The notes under the pieces were generated by a model. The model did no database searches, was not told where the DNA came from, and worked only from the letters and a program-made list of their open reading frames with translations. The position numbers and the translations under genes are program-made. A DNA stretch of 63,974 nucleotides, counting the filler, from Hausera hauseri (Eukaryota), in NCBI GenBank assembly GCA_046269625.1. It is 12 parts of 12 records of this genome, joined end to end, with 100 filler letters (N's around TTAATTAATTAA, not from the genome) between each part and the next. Parts side by side here need not be neighbours in the genome. Positions count along the whole stretch, not along the records: positions 49,592 to 55,512 come from JBJURY010168086.1; positions 55,613 to 59,642 come from JBJURY010807754.1; positions 59,743 to 63,974 come from JBJURY010686661.1; 9 more parts are not named here. One strand, 5' to 3'. Each line of letters opens with the position of its first letter. Position 1 is the first letter of the stretch. Shown piece after piece: positions 49,700 to 62,636 of the stretch.

Positions 49700-52186
49700 T
49701 GAAGTATTAACCTTCACCCGATGGTGAGGTATCGGTGGTACTATACTCATTCGAGGAGATACCGGTAGTGTCACTCGGTTCTTATCCATGTTTTAAGTGA
49801 TAACAGACTGGAGTATCTCTTCCTTTGAGAATTTAGATAAATTACGTAACCTTATGTATTCTTCTCTAGTTGCATATGGATCTTTTATCTCTGGTAAGTT
49901 TGGTAGTTTTGTAATCGAAATTGTTCTACTTTCGTAAGGTGCATTTGGTTTACTATTTTTACCTCTTAATTTTTTTCGGTATGGTGAATAATTTTCTTTT
50001 CTTTTTCTTAGGAATTCTTGATTCGGGATAATGTCCTGGTGCATCGTCGCTGTTCGAGCTTGATGATATATCCTCAACGATTGACTTACCAGTTTTATAG
50101 TCTTCATGTTTCTCTGATTTGCCTCGCCATTGTTTCTCATGATAAGCTTTAATAAATTTTCCGAGCAGTGAAAATAATGCACCAATTATGCTAAATGACA
50201 ACCCATTTAAGTTATAAATTTCGTAGGCATTCAATACCGAATTAATGCAGACTTTCAAAGTTTGTAAAATAAAGTAAATAACTAAAAATCCTGAGGCTAC
50301 TTGGCCAAATTTAAGGGATCCTCCCCACATTTTATACCAAAAATTAGAAACCATCTTCGTATATGCATCTGGAGTCCATAATTGATCCCATTTTCCTTCT
50401 CCGGCCGTATCGTCAATTAGTCTATGTATTTCTCGATTTACAACCTGTTCCCATTGTCTTGGATAAGCAAGAAACTTTACGAATGAGTCTATTTCTTTTT
50501 TACTGTATAAGGCTGATTTTGACACATCTGTAAACATATTGGTTTCAATAGCGTGTCTAAAATTGATAATGGTCAATTTCTTGGGTTTTTCTTTTACTCT
50601 TTCTCTATCAGGTAATCTGACCCATAAGCCTTGATTATCGTATTTAATGTATGGTTTATTTAGTGCCGTACAGTTTCGAATTTCTGTTGGAATGGTATGT
50701 GGCGCTAATAATACTCTAGTAATAGGTTGAACATAACGGATCTCATCCTGGTATTTAACAGGTATTTCGGAATAACAGGGTGTATCCGTAATTAATGGCA
50801 ATTCCAATCTTTTGCATTTATATGTGAACAATACTTCGCCTAGGACTCTGCCTTGGATTCCTTCACCAAAAGGAAGGGTGATTGTAATCATTTCTGGGTT
50901 GGATGCGTAAATGGCTAGTCTATTTCTCAATGTCTCAAAGTTAACCCTACAGAAATTCTGAATCGTCTCGGAATACACTTCTTCTATAGTTTTGTGAGTT
51001 AAGTAAAACAGGAAATCATCTCTGTTAGCAATATAATCGGCTATATTAACCAATTGTGCTTTATTAATTGGCGAATTATCTGCTTCTGCAATCTCTTTGT
51101 CTGATATAAAATAGTTTTCATAATTAGTACTAAATACTTTTCGTCCACATTGGTGGTGAGGTCTTGTTGTATAAACTTGACTCCTCCTTTAATATCCTTG
51201 TATATTATGATTTTCGGAGTTTTTACTTCAGGAATTGCTTGGGTATTTGAATTCTCGAAGTTTGTTTCGTAATGCTGAGCGTAGCGTTTTCCAGTTGTTA
51301 CATTAAATTCACCATTTCGGATTTGCACTAGTGTACAATCGTAACTTTTCGGTGCTGTCCATATTATGGTTCAAGTTCTTGTATGACAATGTCCTATTTT
51401 TAATTTACAGAATGAAGCATCCATCATAGTGTTGGTACTTGTTTCAAAAACGAAGGTGTTTTCTTTGATTTTGACTTTGTATTGATCATGTACGACTACT
51501 TTTGAAATAACTCTGCCTGTATCGAATTGCCTCCTTCGAAATTTCCTTTTTCATCTTTATGTCCAGCAATCCATTTTTCTTGTTGTGTTATATGACCTTT
51601 AATTGCAGTCAACAAGAGGTCTCCCCAATTTAATTGTTGTGTTTCACCTGCATCTCTGCAGTGAGTAGGATTAATTTGTACATATCTTGGCATCGTTTTG
51701 GGTTGGATGATCGAATCGTGATGCAGGTGACCAAAATGAGTGATTGTTCTTGATAATCGTAATAAGCATTCCAACCCTTTTACATGTAATGTTGTTTTAT
51801 CATAATAAATGTAAAAATTTTAAGTTATGGTTTCCAACTTCCTCGGAAGTGCATCCGGGCATGCTTGTAGGTCCATAAGAGAATAGTAACTTCCTTCGTA
51901 GATCCTATCGCAATGGTACGTTAAGATTGTATCCGTTTTCTTGAAATTTAAAAATAACACATAAATAAATAAAATTATTTGTCTGAAGAGCCCATTTGTT
52001 TTGCTTCCTTCGTTTCTTTGTATTTCATCATGAACTCGTTTCGCTATTTTCCCCATATCTAGAGTAATTACTTCCTCTTGTGAGGCACTACTTGTAATTT
52101 CGAAAATAGCTTTTTCTAACGTCGCTTATCCTGCTTCAAGTTGTTGTTCATCTTTATTTTTCAAAATAATTTGTTCCATTTGCCAT
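49700..52186 (-). pseudogene. Second chuvirus-like fusion glycoprotein with long cytoplasmic extension (relative of the 9440-18960 element)
   Basis: IILFIYVLFL then TYHC, YSLMDLQACP, ECLLRLSRTITHFG, THCRDA, CRVNFETLRNRLAIYASNP, GIQGRVLGEVLFTYKC, CYSEIPV, QPITRVL, KMWGGSLKFGQVASGFLVIYF, KAYHEKQW, tail DPYATREEYIRL. Confidence 0.82.
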
Positions 52187-55100
52187 TGTGAAGGAAAAAC
52201 TCGATTGATAAAATTTAAATTGTATATTAATTATTAAATTTCGTAAAACATTTTAAATTTTATAAAGAGGGCGTTTCCGTTAAATGAACGCCAATAAAAA
52301 AATCAAAATAAAATTATATAAATTAAAAATTTGTTACTTTTTATCAAATAAAGTTGGTAAATTTTTCTATTTATAATTTTGACAACAATGCAATCCGAAG
52401 AAATGATCAAACGGTCAAATCACCAACGCGACAAAGGAGAACTCCGTTTTAATATACAACATGACGTTGAAATAAATGGTTTTTCACAGACTCCGCGTTT
52501 CGTCCCATATCTCAACTCTAGCATAACTGACCTTCCCCAGCTAGAACACAGAAACCTGGAAAAATTTATCAAAGACTTTCAGGAATGGATCGATTTCACC
52601 CAGTCAGTAAACAGAATAACGCTATCCAACGAAGTAAAATATTGCATTGTGTACAAAATACTGCCATCGGAATATGGCAGATTGTTTCAAATAGAGGCCA
52701 AAGCAGCAAGGAAAACAACAAATTGGGAAGACAGACTGCGCAAAACCTGCAGCAAACCGCTATCGGTCACAGAGGATATGTCAAAACTGCTGAGTTACCC
52801 GAAAGGCACAGACGACATTGAAGTATACCTGATGAAAGTACAAGAGCTTGTTGAAAAACTCTTGCAACACGACATGTCGAAAGAAAAACTGGTGAAAACC
52901 TTTCTAGTACATTACATGGACGACAGGGAAACCAAGAAAGAATTCAGTACATGTGAAGCAAAATCCGTAGAACAATTTATAGACGTCATGCGAAAGATCG
53001 AAAAACTTCGTGAAGTGGACAACGAGGAAGGACTATATGCAGTGGAGTCGCGACGATATAAACAGCGAGGTACAGAAAAAATACATCAGAGTGTTAATTT
53101 TGGACAGAGTCATGCACCGCTGTCATACGCAAGTGTGGCCCAACAAAAAGCGCACAGCGTGTATGGTTGGGACAAAAAACGAACAACAAGATGATAGCCG
53201 GCCGAGAAACAGAAACAATAAATCAGGTTCCAAAAACCGACAGAATGCTGGCATTGCCACAGAGAACGGCATATCAGAAGAGACTGCCCAATGGTAAACA
53301 AAACAAAGGGCATAGGCAGACTCTGCTACGCATACCACGAAGAAGGTCACATTCGGAAAGACTGCCCATATGTGAAATGCCCGCACTGCAGAAGGAACGG
53401 GCACCTGGGGTCGCAGTGCTACCAAAGACGCCGTGAACAACGAGAATATATGACAAATGCGATCTATCGCGATATGCAATACGATGAATATACCGACTTC
53501 GGCAGACCAACGAAAGACTCGATCATCGAACGATATACACGGCCACTTAGTGTTTCGTCGTACGACTATACATCCGACAACGAAACGAATCGATCATGAA
53601 ACGGCCGTGCCCCCTGTCAAGAAAGACAGAGGGAGCATGCTAAGTAACTAAATTATTGAACCTTATCGTAGTGTAGAAAAAATTGTAGTGTAGTTAAACA
53701 AAAAAATAGTAAAGGTAGTATAGTTAACTGTAAATATAGTAAAAATAGTAATAGTAGTTATAGTAGAGTTTATGAATCAAACTCGGAACACCCTCAAGTT
53801 TTACACTATTTTAGTAGCATATACATTACAGATATTTCTGAACAATTTCCTAGAGAATCTGATAACAGGGAAATCATTGAGTTTAGACCATGGATTATGA
53901 AGTCATCAATAAAGGAGTGCTGAATGCAATTTCAACTGAAAAAATCGACTACGATGATTTTCAAGGAAGGACAAGCGTATGGCTAAAAACGAATTGTCAG
54001 GAATTTAAAGGCTTACTGGATACGAGAGCTGGCACAAGCTTTATGGACAAAAGAGTCTTTGACAAAATAAAAACGGCAAAGCTGACAAAAACAAACGATT
54101 GCAAAATATTATATGCGAACCAAAATGCAATGATAGTGTACGGGAAAACGACGGTTGCAGTGACAATTTTTAGAGAAATACAGATGACAAAGTTTTATGT
54201 GGTAAAAGATCTGAGACCAAAGGTAATAGTAGGGATCGACATATTGAGAAAATGGGATATCTGATTGACCAATAGAATTGAAACAAAAGACAAACAGTCA
54301 GAAATAGAAACAAACAGTAGTATCTATCAAATTGATGCATACGTACACAAACAAGGGAACGATGATCAGAGATTACAAGCAGCGTTGGATGCTTTCAACA
54401 CCGGACAGAACTCACGCTTGTGGAAGATACTAGAAAGATACAAAGCATCTTCATGGCTCATAAATGGGACATTGGACTCACACATATTACAAAACACAAG
54501 GTAAGTACTAACGGCGGACCAATACCCTCAACCCCAGAAGACAACCACGTAATTCGGAACAAAAGGTAGAAAAACTGATAGCCGACCTGGAAAAACACAG
54601 CATCATTAAGACATGCGAGTCACCTTGGAACACCCCACTGGTCTGTGTTTGGAAAAAGGACAAGAAGTACATATGTTTGTGTCTGGACTTCAGACAAGTG
54701 AACCAGATAACCGAAAAGCCGGTATTCCCGATACCCAAAATCTCAGAAATGCTAGGCACACTAAATGGAGCTAAATTCTTTACCTCCATTGACTTAGGTA
54801 ACGCCTACTATCTAGTCGAACTAGACGAATACTTCCAAGTAAAGACCGCATTCTCAACAAGGAGTGGCAAGTATTGTTTCAAGAGGATGCCATTAGGTAT
54901 AGCCGCAGCCCCTTTCACCTTCCAGAAGATAATGACACATACGTTGGGGGGCTTAAACTGGAATATAGCTGTATTCTACCTGGACAGTATTCTGGTGTTT
55001 TCAAAAACGATAGAAGAACATTGGAACATATTAGAGAGTGTGTTTGAACGAATAAAACAAAGTGGATTACCGATCAACCATGTGAAGCAGAAACTGGCAT

Positions 55101-55512
55101 AGACTGAAGTAAAGTTTCTTGGACATATTTTAAATGGTAGAGGGATTATGACAGATGATTCTAAGACAGCAGCGATACAAGGGTTTAAAAAGCCAACATG
55201 TATGAAACAAGTACACAGCTTCCTGGGATTATGCGGATACTAACGGAGGTTCATCAAAGACTATGCAACACACTGGAAAGCACTGGAATCGCTATGTGGT
55301 GGCGAAAACAAAAAACTGATATGGGCAGCAATGCATGACACGTCCTTTCAAAATTTGAAAAACGCACTGTCAAACCCCCAAGTACTGGCATTCCCGAACT
55401 TTCAAAAGGATTTCATCCTAGAAACATATGCGAGTTTCGACACAATAGGAGCAGTTCTGTCTCAAGTGGACGAAAACGGACACGAACGAGTCGTTGAATA
55501 CGGGTCACACAA
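52187..55512 (+). mobile_element. Conventional Ty3/Gypsy retrotransposon (LTR, Gag with three Zn knuckles, PR, RT, RH) inserted into the fusogen element
   Basis: TGTGAAGG start with AATAAA at 52347. Gag 52379-53599 with CWHCHRERHIRRDC, CYAYHEEGHIRKDC, CPHCRRNGHLGSQC. PR LLDTRAGTSFM; RT SPWNTPLV, CLDFRQVN, YLDSILV; RH LAFPNFQKDFILETYAS. Confidence 0.9.
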
Positions 55513-55965
55513 NNNNNNNNNNNNNNNNNNNNNNNNNNNNNNNNNNNNNNNNNNNNTTAATTAATTAANNNNNNNNNNNNNNNNNNNNNNNNNNNNNNNN
55601 NNNNNNNNNNNNTTACTTCTCCGTCTGAACGAATTCTTTCACAAATTCACAATCTGTAAGACCAATTTCTAGTCTTCATTAAACAAAGTGATGAATGAAA
55701 TAATACGACAGAGGTTTGTTGTAATGTCTAAATAAATTGTTTGATCATATTTGTTGACAATTCGATTGACAAAATCTCAATTCGTGTTTTGTAAATATTG
55801 GAAATTTGATAAACCGAGTGAAATCTCCATAAATATCGATCCAATATTTTTCATCTAAACCATAATAGCTAATCAATAAAATTTCAATGATTTCTATGCA
55901 CATTCACACACTCACACACACAATCAAAATATTTCATTCAGACACGCCATTTCAATTCGACAAAA

Positions 55966-57291
55966 ATGCCATTCATCACCAAATTCATCAAACAATCGAC
56001 TTTATCATGGACCATCCTTTGTCTAGCAGCAATCAATGTCATTTTCCTGGGAGGTAAACGACGAGCATTCGGTAGTTTCATTGCAGTTCTGAACAAGACA
56101 TTCCCAAATGTATCACTGACCGAACTCAACTGGATCGGTGATTCGTATTCGGCATTCGGCTACATGATGACGAGTATTTCGACTACCCTTATTTTCTATT
56201 TCGGCAGAAGATACTGGCTATTCCAATTTATTGGATCATGGTTCATACTTGTGTCATGTGTAACAAGTGCCTTTGTTCCAAATCCTCATTGGATGTTTCT
56301 AACACACACATTCATTCATGGCATTGGATCTAGTCTCGTGTTAAGTACTGTTGGATCGATAGTCAATGAACATTTCCCTAAAAGCCATCCATACCGTATC
56401 TTAGCAACAACTCTCGTATCGGGTGGATCTGTTGCGTCCATTGCATTCGTGTACTCCTTTTCTGAATTGATTCATTTGTTTGGTTGGCGAAAGGCATTCC
56501 TGATTTTGGGTGGGATATATTTTGTGGTGACGGCCATGTCCTCCATCTTCTTTGATAAAAGCCCAGATTTCATTGATGACAATAGTAGTAGAGGGACATT
56601 CTGCAAATGGAGGGGAATCATCACAACACATCATGTTCCATTGTTGGTTCTGTGGCTCATTGATCGCACCTTGACAAGTGTTGTTACGTATGGTCTGTTG
56701 ATGAACTTGACAAATTATATCTACAGGATTAATGGTGACATCAGAGCCAGTTCCATTTTGACAATGATGTTTGCTGCGGGAGAGGCCAGTACGTATTTGA
56801 TTGGTGCCATCATTACAGCTATGACGAAACGATTTTTCAAAAATAAACTCAGATATATTTTATTGGTTACATCCATTTTGATGACATCATCACTCATCGC
56901 CCTGGAATTTCTTTCTCACATCAAATATCTCTCTTATGTCCTCTGTTTCATAGCCGGATTTGGTCTGGGTCCGTCGATTACGTTTCTTTTCCCGGCTGGT
57001 GAGGAAATAACGAGACTACCCGGCCATATTGCGTATCCTTACAGTCTGGCAGGGATGGGATTTGGAATGATGATCTCTCCTTTGTTGAGTGGGAAAATAA
57101 TCGAGTTGTTCCGATATAAATGGTTCTTTCTTGTTCAAGGGGGTTTGATATTTGTTAAGGTCGTTTGTTTGGCGATTGCTATCATTTTGTTGTGTGTGTA
57201 TCGTCGACAGAAACTTGATTATATGGTCTCCATTGATTCGACATCATTTAATGAGAAGACGAGATTGATTCGTAAAGAAGGGATAATGTAA
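55966..57291 (+). CDS. MFS transporter, SLC16/monocarboxylate-transporter-like, intact and intronless
   Basis: 441 aa with about 12 hydrophobic segments, SWTILCLAA...FG N-terminal pattern, WIG in TM2, GIGSSL, and FGWRKAFLILGG. Confidence 0.88.
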   Translation: MPFITKFIKQSTLSWTILCLAAINVIFLGGKRRAFGSFIAVLNKTFPNVSLTELNWIGDSYSAFGYMMTSISTTLIFYFGRRYWLFQFIGSWFILVSCVTSAFVPNPHWMFLTHTFIHGIGSSLVLSTVGSIVNEHFPKSHPYRILATTLVSGGSVASIAFVYSFSELIHLFGWRKAFLILGGIYFVVTAMSSIFFDKSPDFIDDNSSRGTFCKWRGIITTHHVPLLVLWLIDRTLTSVVTYGLLMNLTNYIYRINGDIRASSILTMMFAAGEASTYLIGAIITAMTKRFFKNKLRYILLVTSILMTSSLIALEFLSHIKYLSYVLCFIAGFGLGPSITFLFPAGEEITRLPGHIAYPYSLAGMGFGMMISPLLSGKIIELFRYKWFFLVQGGLIFVKVVCLAIAIILLCVYRRQKLDYMVSIDSTSFNEKTRLIRKEGIM

Positions 57292-57560
57292 CATGATTGG
57301 ACAATTGATTTTTGAATAAATTTTATTGATTTTTTTTACTTCTTTATGAGACAGAGTTACTTATAAATTGACAGTAATATATATAGATATATATGAATGG
57401 TGATCAAAATAATTCGATTAATACTCCATATTCAGTTCAATAAATCGTCATATAATTCTCCAATTTATAGAAGTTTGAATAGTTTGAATTGAGTCACATT
57501 TGTTGTCTTTTTGTTCAAATTTATGGATTATTTTCTTCAGGAAATATTGATCAGATCAAA

Positions 57561-58901
57561 ATGGCGATCATCAGGAAATTTATTGATCCAAACATTCTAT
57601 CATGGATAATTTTATTCTGTTCAGCATTGAGTGCCATATTTATTGGAGGAATGAGACGAGCATTTGGTAGTTTCGTTGCCCAATTCAATAAAACGTATCC
57701 GAATATATCGTATATGGAAATAAACTGGATTGGTGATTCATATTCGGCAATAAGTGTACTGACAACTGGTCTCATCATTATGTTCATTACATCCATGAAA
57801 AATCGATACAGTCTATTTCAATTGTTCGGTTCCATTTTATTATTTGCCGCTGGTATGACTAGTTCAAAGGTACCCAATCCTCATTGGATGTTTCTGTCAT
57901 TTTCACTGCTATTCGGTCTCGGATCGAGTATTATTCTCAGCGTCATTGGTCTGATTGTGAACGAGCATTTCGAAACAAGCCATCCGTATCGGTTATTGGC
58001 AACATCTCTATTATCAGGAAGTTCGGTAGCATCGATGGTATTCGTCTACCCATTCGCCAGTTTGATCAGTTATTTTGATTGGCGAACGTCATTTCAAATT
58101 TTGGGTGGATTGTATTTCACAGTCACCTCAATTGGGGCCATATTTTTTACTAGGAAAATTGATGCCGTTGCTGGAAAGAAGAAAAATGGATCGTTTTGTG
58201 ATTGGAGAAATCTCATAACGAGAAAAAATGTCCCATTGCTCATTCTGTGGTTTATTGATCGAATATTGACAGGGACGATCACATACAGTTTCATGATGAA
58301 TCTGACAGATTTGGATTATCACCATAATGGGGCTAGTCTGACTACCAGTTCCATTCCTACTGTTATGTTTGCTGCAGGGGAAACATCGGTTTACATCATC
58401 ATCATCATGGTTACCGCATTGACTAAGGGATTCATGAAAAATAAATTGAGATATGTCCTACTTGTTGCGACTACCATAATGGGGGGTGCTGTAGTTGGAC
58501 TGTCATTTATGTCGTCATCCAATGGAATTATGCGGCTGTTGTGTTTCACTGCAGGATTTGGACTGGGTCCTTCAATAACCTGTAACTATCCAGCTGGTGA
58601 AGAACTGACCCATTTGCCAGGTCCAACTGCATACTCATTTGGATTAACTGGTGTTGGAATCGGAATGATCATATCCAGTCCTGTCAGTTCCTATGTTATT
58701 CAGATATACTCCTTTAAGGGATTCTTCAAAATTCTCTACATGATTGCTTTTACTAAGGTCCTTATTCTGATGATGAGTAATATCGTCCTATTTCTATTAG
58801 ACAATTTTGACTGCAACTATCATAATGAAGAAAATACCAAATTGTTAACTGACGAGCAACAGACAATATGCGATAAAAATGAAGGGAAATTTTCGAATTA
58901 G
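57561..58901 (+). CDS. MFS transporter, SLC16-like, tandem paralogue
   Basis: Likely start ATG 57561 (MAIIRKFID parallels MPFITKFIK). Shares NWIGDSYSA, VPNPHWMFL, VNEHF, MFAAGE, KNKLRY and GFGLGPSIT with the upstream gene. Confidence 0.88.
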   Translation: MAIIRKFIDPNILSWIILFCSALSAIFIGGMRRAFGSFVAQFNKTYPNISYMEINWIGDSYSAISVLTTGLIIMFITSMKNRYSLFQLFGSILLFAAGMTSSKVPNPHWMFLSFSLLFGLGSSIILSVIGLIVNEHFETSHPYRLLATSLLSGSSVASMVFVYPFASLISYFDWRTSFQILGGLYFTVTSIGAIFFTRKIDAVAGKKKNGSFCDWRNLITRKNVPLLILWFIDRILTGTITYSFMMNLTDLDYHHNGASLTTSSIPTVMFAAGETSVYIIIIMVTALTKGFMKNKLRYVLLVATTIMGGAVVGLSFMSSSNGIMRLLCFTAGFGLGPSITCNYPAGEELTHLPGPTAYSFGLTGVGIGMIISSPVSSYVIQIYSFKGFFKILYMIAFTKVLILMMSNIVLFLLDNFDCNYHNEENTKLLTDEQQTICDKNEGKFSN

Positions 58902-58958
58902 ATTTTGTTATTTTTTCATAAATTTTTTCATGTAAAATTTTTATTTGTTGTTAGTAAT

Positions 58959-59642
58959 GTAGAAATGCGGATTCTGGATCACCCCCTCTCCCCGGCAGCA
59001 AACACGAAGCGTGCTTGATGCCCACACAGGTACTGGGTTTGTCAATTCGGCGACGAAGATTTCAAAAATCACACAGGCAAAGATGCACAGTGCGCCCCGG
59101 AAGCAGGGGAAGGTGCACGGAAAATGCGGATATTAGAAGGAAGTGGTGCACGGTCATGTGTGGCACATAGAAATGATGGGACAGTAATGGCGCATCGAAT
59201 GAAGAAGAAAACAAGGCGATCATATGCAACGCAGAAGTACGGGGCGATGGAGAAATGGTGATCAATAACCCGCATATGATTTATGAGGAACTGCGAAGCG
59301 CTATCGATTAACGGTTGATGGTCCCATAACAGTTGGCCTGTGAATAGTCGAACGGAACGGAAACGGGCGACGCATGATGGAAAGACGGCGATACAGACTC
59401 TGATATGTGTGTGCAATGATGATGGAATCCCGTGTCGAGTAGTATATTCGGACTAATCACAATGAGTTTAGTCGGAAAAAATTTTGGCCTGACCCGGTTT
59501 CGGACAGCTGCAAATTTGAACTCACCTCAGTAAGTTGAGTCAGAAAAAGTTTTATTATGAACCAGTTCCAGACATCCACATTTCCCCACTTATCTAACTA
59601 TAACAACTGACCCAGTTTCGGACACCTGCATTTCTCCATCCA
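58959..59642 (+). repeat. GC-richer TG-initiated segment, probable LTR or other TE end
   Basis: Abrupt composition shift at TGTAGAAATG. Direct repeat GACCC(G/A)GTTTCGGACA(G/C)CTGCA at about 59491 and 59609. Confidence 0.35.
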
Positions 59643-61879
59643 NNNNNNNNNNNNNNNNNNNNNNNNNNNNNNNNNNNNNNNNNNNNTTAATTAATTAANN
59701 NNNNNNNNNNNNNNNNNNNNNNNNNNNNNNNNNNNNNNNNNNAATCTAATTTTTAGACGTCTTAGAAGAGTTTTAATGCACATTAAATTTTAATTAATTT
59801 TGTTCTTTCGAAGTCCCTTGTTTGATTTAATCTGATTCAAATATGAAGGAATGATATTAAAAACAAAGATTTAGTTACCCTTAAGGTGAATTATTTTACT
59901 TAGTTATTTGTAGTGAACGTTGGCCTACCATGGTTTCGGCCGTTCCCGCTATTAATATGTGGGAAAGAGTTTGAATTAATTTGAAAGAAGTATAGAAAAC
60001 AACAACGAACAATGTTTTACAAATAAAATAAAACAAAATTTATCCAAAAATCCAAAGAGAATGGATCTGATAAAAATATATTTTTTCTGAAATCGTACAA
60101 AAGGGAGTCTAACCCTAATATTGTACAACGTTTGGCTTAGAATAAAGAAATAGCACTTTCTGGTTTGCCACTTAGGACAATTAAAATTTTTGTCGTGTTG
60201 TGTTTTTGTGTCGTTTTTAACTTTTTTCTTTTAGCTTTTATAATAAATTTTTGCATGTGGGAGAGGTTTAATTTTTTGTAGATGATATCTTTTTAACTCT
60301 GGGGTTTTGTTTAATAAATATGGTGGTGTTTTTGATTCTGCTGGGGTGTTCTTTTCTTATTTTGTTGGATTTTCTAAACACCTGTAGGTGTTTGTCTGGT
60401 TTATGTAGTAGTTCTTGGTGTAAAAGTGTAGGTGTTAATTCTAGTCAAAGTTTGTACGAATTTTTATCGCTTCAATCTAATGTTTTTTGCTTAAAATGTT
60501 AATCAAATTAAAAATCTAAGTAAATTTTGAGCATCAATTGAAATTTTGTTACTTCAATGTAAAGTGTTCTGCAGTATTGCGATCTTAACGTTATGTTTAA
60601 GCTAAATTGATTATGTTCAATATACATAGTTTTATAGCTCACATTCTAACATAATTATCACAAGTTTTGTAGCGCAACGTAATTTTCTGTATTTGCAGAA
60701 AAATTGTGTCAATGAATGTAAAATTTTACTAATACACTGATTTATTGGTGTTATTATCTTAACATCTTGATTCATCCAACATTTTCAGTCTAATTCTCAA
60801 CACAAATAATTATATGCACATTTTAATCACGTTTCGCGTCAATTTAATCTGCCTGAACTTTTAGACAAATTTGAAAATATCTGGGCCTTCGGTATGAACT
60901 TTGTGACCATCATGTAAGTATTGTTTTATGATTTCAGATTTATGAAATCCTAAAACCAATTCTGAGGGATTAATTGTGTATAAAGTAGAGAAATGTAAAT
61001 GTTTGGAAAAGAAACTCAAAAATGTATTAATTAGTAACAATCTCTCTGCAGATTGTACTTGGTTATTTTAATAATGAGAAGAATAATAATACTAAAATTT
61101 TATTCCACTGAATACAAAATGATCAATACACAAATTTAAATCAAAGGAAACCAAATGAGTTATACTAAGCTTACCGATCTAAAAATTGTTGATCAGAATT
61201 CTCTAAACCCGTTAACAATCATCCAAATATTCAAATTGTGTTCAAATGATTCTCAAAAAAATTTTTGTAAAAAGAAATGGTCGTGTTCAAAGTTAGATTC
61301 AAGTATTTATACTTGTCAAAAATTGTTTCGCGCTAACTTTAAATTTTAGCTAAATTTCAAATTTCACACGCGCGCAAAATCAAATCTCAACCAACAATCA
61401 AATTTTGCGCTAGCGTAATTTTTAAATTCCATTAAAGTACAATGCATTAGTCATTGTATGCGGGTTCAGTTCAACAATACAACAACACCTGTATTACCGA
61501 AGGCATATTTAAACATGAATTACCAGTTTCAGTACTACCGGTACTGAATGCCTTATATACCACTGTTTTCCTTGTATAACTCACTTTTATTTAATGAAAT
61601 TTTTACTTTTCTACAGCTGCTTAACACTGGTATGTGTTAACAAATTTCAATTTTTCTTAGATTTTTCGGCAAGAATTATTTAATAGTCATTTTAAAGTAC
61701 AATATCCATTCATTTTCAGGCGACTATTTATTACATATTTTTTATTTATTAGTAGAAAGATTTTGTACAATGGTTAAAATTATACAGTTTCTATTCAAGT
61801 ACAGCCGAATACATGGAACGAAATCAAAAGATATATCGCAATTATCAGACATCGAAAACATTCAAATTCATTTTGTCTT

Positions 61880-62636
61880 ATGTTTTACAGGTACTTCATC
61901 AATTTGAGTTGAACAACGATTCTTTAGCTATTCTTGTTTTAGACGATCTCCACGTTTTCCAGCATATTCTCGTTAAGTTTGTTTTTGTTCTTCTTTTTGT
62001 TCTAATTTCAGACTTTCGTATCGTTTGCGCATGTATTCACGTCGAGATTTCCTTTGGTTTTCTAATTGTTCTGGAGTAAGACTTTCTTTACGTTTAATGT
62101 TTCTTTCACGAAGAACTTTCTTCTGCTCATCTTTTTGTTCTAGACTCAGATTTTTTTTACATTGACGTGCGTATTCACGTTTAGTTTGCCGTTTTTTTTC
62201 TAATTGTTCTGCTGTTAAACTTTCCTTGTGTTTGCGATATTGTTCACGCTTGGCTTCTCTTTGCTTGCTTAACAGTTCTGGTGGTAAATTTTTTTTCCGT
62301 TCGCGCTTCATTTGTTTAGAAATTTGCCTCCGTTTGTCTAACTGTTCCTTATGTGCACGAATATATTCACGATACGTTTGCTTTTGTATTTCCAGTTGTT
62401 CTCGTCTAAAATTCGAATAATGGTTTTTATAGTATTCGTATAGGAGTGTCAGGAAAGGACTGTCCTTCGGTCCAATAATAGTGGCATCCCAGTTGAACAC
62501 TAAAATTATTACTGGAATATTTTGCAATATAATTTTATTAATACTTACTGTCATTTCCGGATGGACCAGCAGAACAGTTCATTGGTGGCTCTTTAAGTAG
62601 ATTTTTCAAATCCAGTTGAATTCGTCTTAGAGCCAT
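61880..62636 (-). pseudogene. Chimeric gene: UBE2D/Ubc4-5 E2 N-terminus (45 aa, one intron) fused to charged helical repeats
   Basis: Exon 1 62636-62549 (MALRRIQLDLKNLLKEPPMNCSAGPSGND), GT-AG intron 62548-62500, exon 2 MFNWDATIIGPKDSPF, then repeats like ESLTAEQLEKKRQTKREY. No HPN motif or catalytic Cys; stops from 61975 onward. Confidence 0.75.

Noticed and set aside
57489-57560. N-terminal extension of the second MFS ORF
   Set aside because: Non-ATG start from the ORF caller. ATG 57561 aligns with the paralogue start.
59743-61800. Possible decayed element in an AT-rich stretch
   Set aside because: No recognisable domain, TIR or LTR pair by eye.
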